From contig OY776568.1 of NCBI GenBank assembly GCA_963675765.1, forward strand, positions 2,313,407 through 2,377,406: a stretch of DNA of 64,000 nucleotides, in the 5' to 3' direction. Positions 40,509-47,972 of this stretch are shown piece by piece. The notes below the pieces were generated by a model. The model was not told the origin of the DNA. It saw only the letters and a list, made by a program, of their open reading frames with translations, and did not search any database. The stretch comes from Phycisphaerae bacterium (GTDB taxonomy: Bacteria > Planctomycetota > Phycisphaerae > UBA1845). The position numbers were made by a program, and so were the translations under genes. Position 1 is the first letter of the stretch. Each line of letters opens with the position of its first letter.

Positions 40509-42350
40509 ATGCGTATTAGCCGAAAAATCCAGACACTCGTTGGAATCTGCCTCACTGCCGTCCTGGTGCTTGCCGGTCTCGGGTGGTATTCGCTGAAGGG
40601 CGTTAGCAAAAGCATGCACGACATCGTCCATCAGGAGTTTCTCGCCCTGCTTGGCGAAAACGTTACTCCCCTCATTGAAGAGGAGATGCTGCCACTCATC
40701 AACGAAGATGTTGTGCGCCTGCAGTCTCTCCAAAAGAGTGTGATCCTAATGCTCGAGGCTGATCGTGATGTCCACCAGGCCCTCATCGCTGAAAGAGCCG
40801 CTCTCTCCGCCGACAACCCCGAAGCATTTGAGAAAGTAAACAACACCAGCACTGAAAACATCCAACAAGCACAGGAGCGAATGGAAATCGCCTGCGGCAA
40901 CCTCACCACCCAGGAGGGTAGGGATAAGTACGCCGCCTTTCTAGCTGAGTTTGCTAATTGGCAAAGCCAAACTCGCAAGATCTTCGAACTGATCAGCACG
41001 CCTGACAAAATGGAGCTAGCCGTACAATCAAGCAATGGGGGACTAGCCAACCAAGCCTTCGACACTATGCGCGATCTCATTGACCAACTCCAGGAGGTCC
41101 AAGCACGTGAGATTCAAGCAGCTCTAGCCAGAGTCGAAGACCGCAAAACTCGCGTCGATAACCAAAAACGCCAAGCCGAAGGACGCATCGAGGCCGCCGT
41201 CGCCACCGCCGACCAAGTTGAGACGCGAACTACCACCATGATCGGTATCTTCATCACTATTGCCCTCGTGGCCGGTGCCATCGCCTGCACCATCGGAATC
41301 TTCATCACCAGATCCATCACCAAGCCACTGCGAAACACTATTGATAGACTCAGAGACATCGCCGAAGGCGAAGGCGACCTCACCAAACGACTCAGCGATA
41401 AGGGCAAAGACGAACTGGCAGAGCTTGCCGGCTGCTTCAATACCTTCACCGCCAAAGTCCAAGGCATTATCAGTGACATTGCCACTAAAGCCGCAACCCT
41501 CGTCAACGCCTCCGAACGCCTCTCCACAACCGCCGCCGGAATGTCAGACACCGCGGAACAAGCCGGACGCCTCTCCGCCTCCGTCTCATCCGCCGCAGAG
41601 GAAATGTCCATCAACATGGGCTCCATGGCCTCTTCCTCCGAGGAAATGTCCGGAAACGTCAACACCGTCGCCTCAGCCGTGGAACAGCTCACCGCCAGCA
41701 TCGCAGAAGTTGCCAAAAACGCCGACCGCGCCGCACAGGTAGCCGAACAGGCAGCTTCACTTGCCAACAGTAGCAACGAGAATATCGGCCACCTCGGCGT
41801 CGCCGCCGACGCCATCGGTAAGGTCATCGAAACCATTCAGGATATAGCAGAACAAACTAACCTGCTCGCCCTGAACGCCACCATCGAGGCCGCCCGCGCC
41901 GGCGAGGCTGGAAAAGGCTTCGCTGTCGTCGCTAGCGAAGTTAAGGAACTGGCCAAGCAAACCGCCGACGCCACCGAGGACATCCGCCAACGAATTGTGG
42001 GAATACAAGACTCAACCAACAGTACCATCGAATCCATTGGACAAATCGGCGATGTCATCACCAAGGTCAACGAAGTCTCCAGGACCATCGCCTCCTCGGT
42101 CGACGAACAAAGTATCGCCACTAAGGAAATCGCCCAAAGCATCGCGCAAACAGCAACTGCCGCCGGCGTCGTCTCCTCCGGAGTAAATGAATCCGCTTCC
42201 GCAGCCCAGGAAATCACCCGCAATATCAGCGGTGCCGACCAGGCTGCCAGACAGGCTGCTGATAACGCCGGAGAAACCCAATCCGCTAGCCAAGAACTAT
42301 CCGAACTCGGACTGCAACTCCGAGAACTCGTAGGCCGTTTCCGTATCTAG
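40509..42350 (+). CDS. Methyl-accepting chemotaxis protein
   Basis: 613 aa with two TM segments, a HAMP domain, and a conserved signalling domain ([37 protein letters not shown]). Confidence 0.9.
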   Translation: MRISRKIQTLVGICLTAVLVLAGLGWYSLKGVSKSMHDIVHQEFLALLGENVTPLIEEEMLPLINEDVVRLQSLQKSVILMLEADRDVHQALIAERAALSADNPEAFEKVNNTSTENIQQAQERMEIACGNLTTQEGRDKYAAFLAEFANWQSQTRKIFELISTPDKMELAVQSSNGGLANQAFDTMRDLIDQLQEVQAREIQAALARVEDRKTRVDNQKRQAEGRIEAAVATADQVETRTTTMIGIFITIALVAGAIACTIGIFITRSITKPLRNTIDRLRDIAEGEGDLTKRLSDKGKDELAELAGCFNTFTAKVQGIISDIATKAATLVNASERLSTTAAGMSDTAEQAGRLSASVSSAAEEMSINMGSMASSSEEMSGNVNTVASAVEQLTASIAEVAKNADRAAQVAEQAASLANSSNENIGHLGVAADAIGKVIETIQDIAEQTNLLALNATIEAARAGEAGKGFAVVASEVKELAKQTADATEDIRQRIVGIQDSTNSTIESIGQIGDVITKVNEVSRTIASSVDEQSIATKEIAQSIAQTATAAGVVSSGVNESASAAQEITRNISGADQAARQAADNAGETQSASQELSELGLQLRELVGRFRI

Positions 42351-42361
42351 ACCGCTTCTGC

Positions 42362-42452
42362 AGCACTGTTAGCCCAAGCGCAGTATCAAACACAAGAATC
42401 TACGGGAAAAGACCGAGGGGGGCCAAACGCTACACTTGGGCTTATAACCTAT
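42362..42452 (+). repeat. About-90-bp structured intergenic repeat, copy N (forward, diverged right end)
   Basis: agcactgttagcccaagcgcagtatcaaacacaagaatc...ccaaacgctacacttgggcttataacctata. It lies between the convergent MCP and HTH genes. Confidence 0.75.
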
Positions 42453-42502
42453 AAACGAAAACGAGTAAGAGATGCGATTGTTGTACCACTCAGCCATCAA
42501 GG

Positions 42503-42724
42503 CTACTCTTTGCCACTGTTCACACTGAAGGTGAACACATCCTCGACCTGACAGTCGAAACTTCGCGCAATACGAAATGCTAGGGCAAGCGATGGCGTGT
42601 ACTTGCCGGCCTCCAGCGCAATAACGGTCTGCCGGGTGCAACCAGCTCGCCTTGCTAACTCTTCCTGCGTCATCTCACCATGGTCGAAGCGAAGACGCCT
42701 AATGCTGTTCGTGATCCTAGCCAT
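42503..42724 (-). CDS. XRE-family helix-turn-helix transcriptional regulator (small, YozG-like)
   Basis: ATG 42724 gives [53 protein letters not shown]. It overlaps the upstream gene by ATGGCTAG. Confidence 0.8.
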   Translation of the reverse strand: MARITNSIRRLRFDHGEMTQEELARRAGCTRQTVIALEAGKYTPSLALAFRIARSFDCQVEDVFTFSVNSGKE

Positions 42725-43127
42725 CGGAAGCCTCCACGTGACGCCCATAGAGAAGCAAGATCACCACACTTCTGATGAAGAAGAAGACAACGGCACCAAG
42801 TATTGTGATTGTCCCGAGCGCATGTACCCAGACCTGTTCCTTGTGTTGAAAAGCAAACACGACAAACCATGTGCCCATACACCCAATGACGAACGCTAGG
42901 TAGGAGGCCACAGCTCCTGCCAGAGTAGCCCTTCGCGCGATGCTCCTGTCCCGTTCGTCAACCTCTTCATGGCGACCGATGACGCCGGCGAATCCATTGA
43001 TGCCATAGAAGGCAAAGGCCGCTGTTGCGACAACTGGCCCAAACAGCGGAAGCAGCACAAAGTACCCCAACACACAAGCACCCATTGTTGCCACCCCAAG
43101 CCACGCCCGTTTCTGCTCTGCGTTCAT
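42717..43127 (-). CDS. Small 4-TM membrane protein co-transcribed with the XRE regulator (DUF2178-like arrangement)
   Basis: ATG 43127 is preceded by GAGGAG. Hydrophobic segments are [64 protein letters not shown] and [16 protein letters not shown]. Confidence 0.6.
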   Translation of the reverse strand: MNAEQKRAWLGVATMGACVLGYFVLLPLFGPVVATAAFAFYGINGFAGVIGRHEEVDERDRSIARRATLAGAVASYLAFVIGCMGTWFVVFAFQHKEQVWVHALGTITILGAVVFFFIRSVVILLLYGRHVEASDG

Positions 43128-43142
43128 TCTATGTCTCCTCAA

Positions 43143-43194
43143 ACATACATTATGTACATGATAACGTACTTCATGTCAAATGTATTTTACATTT
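43143..43194. promoter_or_regulatory. Cluster of TACAT/ATGTA half-sites (candidate operators of the adjacent XRE regulator)
   Basis: TACATTATGTA and ATGTACAT (43146-43159) and AAATGTA-ttt-TACATTT (43178-43194) lie in an AT-rich stretch. This is 16-67 nt upstream of the membrane-protein/HTH operon start. Confidence 0.45.
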
Positions 43195-43404
43195 ATTCCT
43201 AAAAAGGGCGCGGACCATCCCGACTTCCCAAGCCATCCGAGCAGGATACCCCTTGATCGTGCCGATCAGAATGATCCTTTTCCTCCCACACACAATCACC
43301 CACCACAACCCCAACAATACGAACAACTTACGAACATTAAGAGAAATAATATTGACATAACCGGAGAACCAAAGTATGTTAGGAATATGTGCGGGCTACT
43401 GGGC

Positions 43405-43493
43405 CGATAGTCCCCCTCACACAGCGTCAAACAACCCGGACCCTCCGCAGATAACCGGGCGTCAGACGCTGCAAACGAACGATGCCTGCTCCA
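43405..43493 (+). repeat. About-90-bp structured intergenic repeat, copy O (forward, diverged)
   Basis: ...cacacagcgtcaaacaacccggaccctccgcagataaccgggcgtcagacgctgcaaacgaacgatgcctgctcca. It lies 125 nt upstream of the hypothetical gene at 43619. Confidence 0.7.
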
Positions 43494-43618
43494 GCCGCTC
43501 GCACCGTTGGCCGGATTCATACGCTGCCAAATCACCACCCGTCCGTCAGGTGGGAGAATAACCGTACCCGGTGCGTACACCGGATAAGAGGCCCTCACGT
43601 CAGAAAGGAAACGAAGCC

Positions 43619-44836
43619 ATGTCACGCAGAAAGAACCGCAAGATCAGCCGCCGCAAACTCTACGCCAACCGCTCCAACGCCGCCAAGTCAACCGGGCCCA
43701 GATCCGCACGCGGCAAAATCCACGCCTCACGCAACGCCCTCAAACACGGCCTCTTCGCCAAGACCGCTACCCCTATACCCCAACTCGGCGAATCACCCGA
43801 GGAACTCCGCAGCTTCATCACCGAATTCACCCGCGCCCTCAAACCCACAACACCCGCCGAACAGGCACTCGCCCATCGCGCCGCTAATACCTACTATCGC
43901 CTCGCTCGCATCCAGAAACTCGAATCCAATATCCTCTCCGTCATCACCGATACAGATAATCCCAATGCCAAGCCCGCCGCGGCCCGCCTCAACTCCCTAA
44001 TCGCTGATGCCGAAGAGCAGCTCCACAACCTCCACCTCCTCTACACTCGCGTCATCACCGATCCGCTCACCTTTGAAAATCCTTTCTACGAAGACCACGA
44101 ATACCTCACCATCAACGCCATCAACCAGTACCTCGCCCAGCATCCCAAAGTCGACACCAGCGACATTCCCTGGCCAACAGACAACCTCGAATATCGCTGG
44201 CCCGCTCAACCTTGCCCACTGCCCGAACTCGCCGAGGGGTTCCTCACCCACTTCACCGACGATCGCCTCGACCAGGTGCTCCGTGACCACATCGACACCC
44301 TCATTGCAGAGCAAAACGAACTCCTCGAAGACCTGCGCAATCAATTGGCCACCGCCGAGGAGCAACCGGCCATCCCCGACCTCGTCGAACTCGAACGCCT
44401 CTCCCGCTACGAAAGTGCCCTGGACCGCCAACTACACCGTGCCCTCCGCGAACTTCGCCAACTGCAAAAACAAAGCCAACAACCGGCCACCCCCAAAACC
44501 GGCGACCTCACTACTCCTCATCCCTTCGCCGAAGAACAATTGCGCCAAAACGAACCCACCATCGATCAGGACCAGGAATCCGCCGACCTCGCCTTACTTC
44601 CCGGCATCCAACTGCCCGACCAAGCCACCGCCGCCGAAACCGACCCCGAAGAGAAACTCAGAAAATGCCTCCAAATCGCCGCCCAAAACGCTGAAGTCCT
44701 CTGCCAATACGCCCGGGAGACTGACGATGATGACCTCTACGACCCCGACGACGAAGCAACCAACCCCATTACTCAACCGCCAACAGAAAACGAAAAAACG
44801 AACCCAACAACGATCGTCGCCGACCAGGCAGCGTAA
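43619..44836 (+). CDS. Hypothetical protein with a basic N-terminal motif, helical middle and acidic tail
   Basis: ATG 43619 (AGGAAA upstream). The N-terminus is MSRRKNRKISRRKLYANRSNAAKSTGPRSARGKIHASRNALKHGLFA. Later comes LSRYESALDRQLHRALRELRQLQ. The C-terminus is D/E/P/T-rich. I cannot assign a domain. Confidence 0.6.
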   Translation: MSRRKNRKISRRKLYANRSNAAKSTGPRSARGKIHASRNALKHGLFAKTATPIPQLGESPEELRSFITEFTRALKPTTPAEQALAHRAANTYYRLARIQKLESNILSVITDTDNPNAKPAAARLNSLIADAEEQLHNLHLLYTRVITDPLTFENPFYEDHEYLTINAINQYLAQHPKVDTSDIPWPTDNLEYRWPAQPCPLPELAEGFLTHFTDDRLDQVLRDHIDTLIAEQNELLEDLRNQLATAEEQPAIPDLVELERLSRYESALDRQLHRALRELRQLQKQSQQPATPKTGDLTTPHPFAEEQLRQNEPTIDQDQESADLALLPGIQLPDQATAAETDPEEKLRKCLQIAAQNAEVLCQYARETDDDDLYDPDDEATNPITQPPTENEKTNPTTIVADQAA

Positions 44837-44951
44837 ACCGGCTGCTCATCTACTGATCATCTGCGAGCCTTTACAACAAAAAGGCCGGCATCCGAGACTA
44901 CACTCGCATACCGGCCCCCATACTGTCATTGTCTTTGCCCGCAACCGCAGT

Positions 44952-46241
44952 CTAAGCCATTATCGCTGCCAAATCCGCCTTGGGATCACCTGTAGTCAAC
45001 CGCAAGTCAAACTTCTCCTGCAAAACCTTGAATACGTTCGGAGTAATGAATGCAGGCGGATTGGGCCCCAGCGAAATACCCTGAACATTCAAGTACAAAA
45101 GCGTCAAAAGCACCGCCACCGCCTTCTGCTCAAACCAGGAAATAACCAACGTGAGCGGCAGGTCGTTCACCGAACAATCGAATGCCTTGGACAACGCCAA
45201 CGCCACCTGAATCGCACCATATGCGTCGTTGCATTGCCCCATGTCCAACAATCGTGGCAACCCCAACAACTTGCCGTAATCATGACTACGAATTCTGTAT
45301 TTACCACATCCGAGAGTCAGAATAAACGAATCCGCCGGCGTTGCCTCCGCATACTCCGAAAAGTAGTTGCGACCCGGCTCCGCTCCATCACACCCGCCGA
45401 TTACAAAAAACCGGCTTATCTGGCCGTCCTTCACCGCCTGAACGATCGTGCCCGCCAGATCGAGAATGGCCTGCCTGTGAAAACCTACTTGAGATTCCCT
45501 TACCACATCATCCACCAGCGGCCGGCAACTTTTGGCCTTCGCGATCAACGGACCAAAATCGTTGTCTTTGAAACGATGACCGCCGGGCACAGCCGTCACG
45601 CGCGTAGTGAAAACCCTATCGGCATAACTGTCTTTCGGATGCAGAATACAGTTCGTCGTCGCCAGCACCGGCCCCAAAAACGCCTCAAACTCCTTCTTCT
45701 GATCCTGCCACGCTCCTCCGTAGTGCCCCACCAAGTGATTGTGTTTTCTCAACTCCGGATATCCGTGCGCCGGCAGCATCTCCCCGTGCGTGTAAACGTT
45801 TACCCCCGTACCCTTCGTCTGCTCCAGCAGATCACGCAGATCTATCAGATCGTGCCCCGTTACCAGAATGCCCGGCCCCGCCTGAGTACCCTCCTTAACC
45901 GTCACCGGAGAGGGCCTGCCGAACGTCTCCACATGCCCTTCATCCAACATCTCCATCACCCGCAGGTTTACCCGGCCACACTCCAATACCATCTCCAACA
46001 AACTTCCCATATCGAAGTTGACATTGGTCACCGTTGCAAAAAGCGCCTCCTCAACAAACGCGTCAACTTCCTCATCTACCTTGCCCAGCCGCCGAGCATG
46101 ATGTGCATACGCACACATCCCCTTCAAACCATAAAGGAGAGTCTCCTGCAAACTCTGCACATCCTCGTCCTTGCCGCATACACCTCGCGCCGTCTGACAT
46201 CCCGTCCCGCCGGCAGCCTGCTCACATTGATTACAGAACAT
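44952..46241 (-). CDS. hcp: Hybrid-cluster protein / hydroxylamine reductase, short (about 430 aa) form
   Basis: MFCNQCEQAAGGTGCQTARGVCGK is the N-terminal Cys cluster. HGEMLPAHGYPELRK, GGCDGA and DMGQCNDAY motifs are present. It lacks about 120 aa present in the E. coli protein after the N-terminal domain. Confidence 0.9.
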   Translation of the reverse strand: MFCNQCEQAAGGTGCQTARGVCGKDEDVQSLQETLLYGLKGMCAYAHHARRLGKVDEEVDAFVEEALFATVTNVNFDMGSLLEMVLECGRVNLRVMEMLDEGHVETFGRPSPVTVKEGTQAGPGILVTGHDLIDLRDLLEQTKGTGVNVYTHGEMLPAHGYPELRKHNHLVGHYGGAWQDQKKEFEAFLGPVLATTNCILHPKDSYADRVFTTRVTAVPGGHRFKDNDFGPLIAKAKSCRPLVDDVVRESQVGFHRQAILDLAGTIVQAVKDGQISRFFVIGGCDGAEPGRNYFSEYAEATPADSFILTLGCGKYRIRSHDYGKLLGLPRLLDMGQCNDAYGAIQVALALSKAFDCSVNDLPLTLVISWFEQKAVAVLLTLLYLNVQGISLGPNPPAFITPNVFKVLQEKFDLRLTTGDPKADLAAIMA

Positions 46242-46398
46242 GTTCCCTACGCTCCTGATTCGTTAATGGTCTCACCTGGCGATCGACAGCCCTTCGTCCG
46301 ACAATTCCGGTCCCTCAGCAACAATGCCCCGAGAACCATCATCGGGCCGCCGGTAGCGCCACTAAACATCAGTCTCCCACACAGAAACCACCCAGTCA

Positions 46399-46412
46399 TT
46401 GATCTGGATCAA
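46399..46412. promoter_or_regulatory. FNR/CRP-family binding site upstream of hcp
   Basis: TTGATCTGGATCAA is a perfect TTGAT-N4-ATCAA palindrome. Its centre is about 164 bp upstream of the hcp ATG, in the hcp / coiled-coil divergent region. Confidence 0.6.
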
Positions 46413-46540
46413 CTGCAGTCAATGGTTAGGTGTCAACGCCCTCTATTACAGCCATCCATCGCAGACTCTTTCCCCGCTCTCCTGCAACCGACACGCCTGC
46501 ACCGATGTATCAACAGACAGCGGACATCCTTCGCCGGAAG

Positions 46541-46562
46541 ATGTTCACTCGCAGATGAACAT
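46541..46562. promoter_or_regulatory. Inverted repeat just upstream of the coiled-coil gene
   Basis: ATGTTCA (46541-46547), 8 nt, then TGAACAT (46556-46562). It ends 36 nt before ATG 46599. Confidence 0.35.
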
Positions 46563-46598
46563 GTCAGTCCACTAGACGCCCTATTCAAGGAGACCATC

Positions 46599-47741
46599 AT
46601 GCCACACTACGTATTCTCCACTGTGACTGTCCTGGCAGTATTGACCGTTGGCAACCCTGCCCCCGCCAATGCCGGAGACAACAATGCACCACAACCACGA
46701 CAGTACCAGGCAAACATCAGCCATGAGGCCAAGATGGCCATCAGCAACCTCGACGACCTCGCCGAATTCTATGAAGCCCGACAGCGCTGGGATGAAATGG
46801 AACAGACACTGCAACGCCGTGCCGACTTACCCCTAATCCTCGCCCAGGTCCGCCTCATCGCCGAAAACCAGGACGCTCAGTCTGCACTCCTCGCGTACTA
46901 CCGACTAACCAACCAGCCTGCTCGCGAGTTGGAAATAACCGTCACCCAACTCGACGACCAAATCAGAGCTTCAAGAAAGAGGCTTGCCCAACTGCACGTC
47001 AACCTTGCCGAAACCCAAGCACAGCTCGAACAGATGGAAAACCACCACAAGGAACTCAGCCAGCAACGCCACCACCTTCAACAGCAACTTGAGCATCTTC
47101 ACCATCAACAACTGCTGACACAGCATCAAACCTTCGAGGAGCGACTGGACCAACTGCGCCTGAACATCGAAAGCTTCGAGAAGCAGAAAGAGCTCACCGA
47201 ACAAGCCATAGCAGACACGAACACAACCGAGAACGAACGTCACCAACTTCAGTTACTCTCCGAACGGCTCTCCAACAAACTGCATCTCCTGCATTCTGAA
47301 CTTCGCCACACCCAACTTGAGGCCAACGAGCACAAAAGTCGCGTCGACGAAGTTGACCGGGCCAAGAAACTCCATAAGGCCGAAACACTGCAACACTCTC
47401 TCCAGAATTGGCAAACAACACAGGAAGACCTGCTCCACGAAGTGACACTGCTGCTTGACCGTATCGAGGAAATCAATCAACACTGTAAGTCCGCCTCCCA
47501 GGCTATGGAAAAACTACGACCTCAAAAGCATACGCCAAAGCATCCTGGAAACTCGCTTCAAACGCGCGACCCACAGACAAGCAAGCGATCATCGGCGGCA
47601 ATCACGCCCAAACCCGGCAACCGCAAACACCCTGCCCACAAAGCAAAGACACCGAAAAGCAAGAAGAGCCCCAGAAGGAAAACGAACGAAAAACAGCCTG
47701 AGAAACCTGAACCTCCGGTCTCCTTGCAGGGAACTATCTGA
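46599..47741 (+). CDS. Secreted coiled-coil protein, Gln/His-rich, with a Lys/Pro-rich basic tail
   Basis: It is embedded in the 3' end of the artefactual 1244-aa track ORF. ATG 46599 is preceded by AAGGAG. The signal peptide is MPHYVFSTVTVLAVLTVGNPAPANA. Long heptad-like Q/H/L/E stretches (HHLQQQLEHLHHQQLL). The tail is ...KHPAHKAKTPKSKKSPRRKTNEK. Confidence 0.65.
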   Translation: MPHYVFSTVTVLAVLTVGNPAPANAGDNNAPQPRQYQANISHEAKMAISNLDDLAEFYEARQRWDEMEQTLQRRADLPLILAQVRLIAENQDAQSALLAYYRLTNQPARELEITVTQLDDQIRASRKRLAQLHVNLAETQAQLEQMENHHKELSQQRHHLQQQLEHLHHQQLLTQHQTFEERLDQLRLNIESFEKQKELTEQAIADTNTTENERHQLQLLSERLSNKLHLLHSELRHTQLEANEHKSRVDEVDRAKKLHKAETLQHSLQNWQTTQEDLLHEVTLLLDRIEEINQHCKSASQAMEKLRPQKHTPKHPGNSLQTRDPQTSKRSSAAITPKPGNRKHPAHKAKTPKSKKSPRRKTNEKQPEKPEPPVSLQGTI

Positions 47742-47972
47742 CTATTCAAAGGTCACTGAAATCGCCTCTGACAAACTCGTAAACTGCGAACATTTGAAAG
47801 GAATCCAACACACTCGTTAGAATCAACAATCAATCAACAGCGACCCCATGGCCCACGATTGACATCATCCTGGCGCCACGGTTGAATTAGAGTGAAAGAC
47901 ATGGCAAACGGCCCGGCGGCCCCAACAACCGCCGTCGGCTGCTTCTGAAAATTGGCACAGTGAAAGCATCAA

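Noticed and set aside
43143-43170. Possible dif/Xer recombination site, because of the CATAATGTATG-like sequence on the minus strand.
   Set aside because: Only the XerC-arm CATAA and part of the central region match, and the XerD arm does not. The site is far from the composition switch, which in any case has origin polarity rather than terminus polarity. The sequence is better explained as operators of the adjacent XRE regulator.
44007-47741. A 1244-aa stop-free ORF on the + strand, the longest-looking novel protein in the track after the TPR protein.
   Set aside because: It runs out of frame through the 3' part of the gene at 43619-44836 and antisense through all of hcp. The translation is low-complexity (P/T/S/R/Q-rich). 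The absence of stop codons follows from the strong C/A richness of the + strand here. Only the last 380 codons (46599-47741), which have their own RBS and signal peptide, are kept as a gene.
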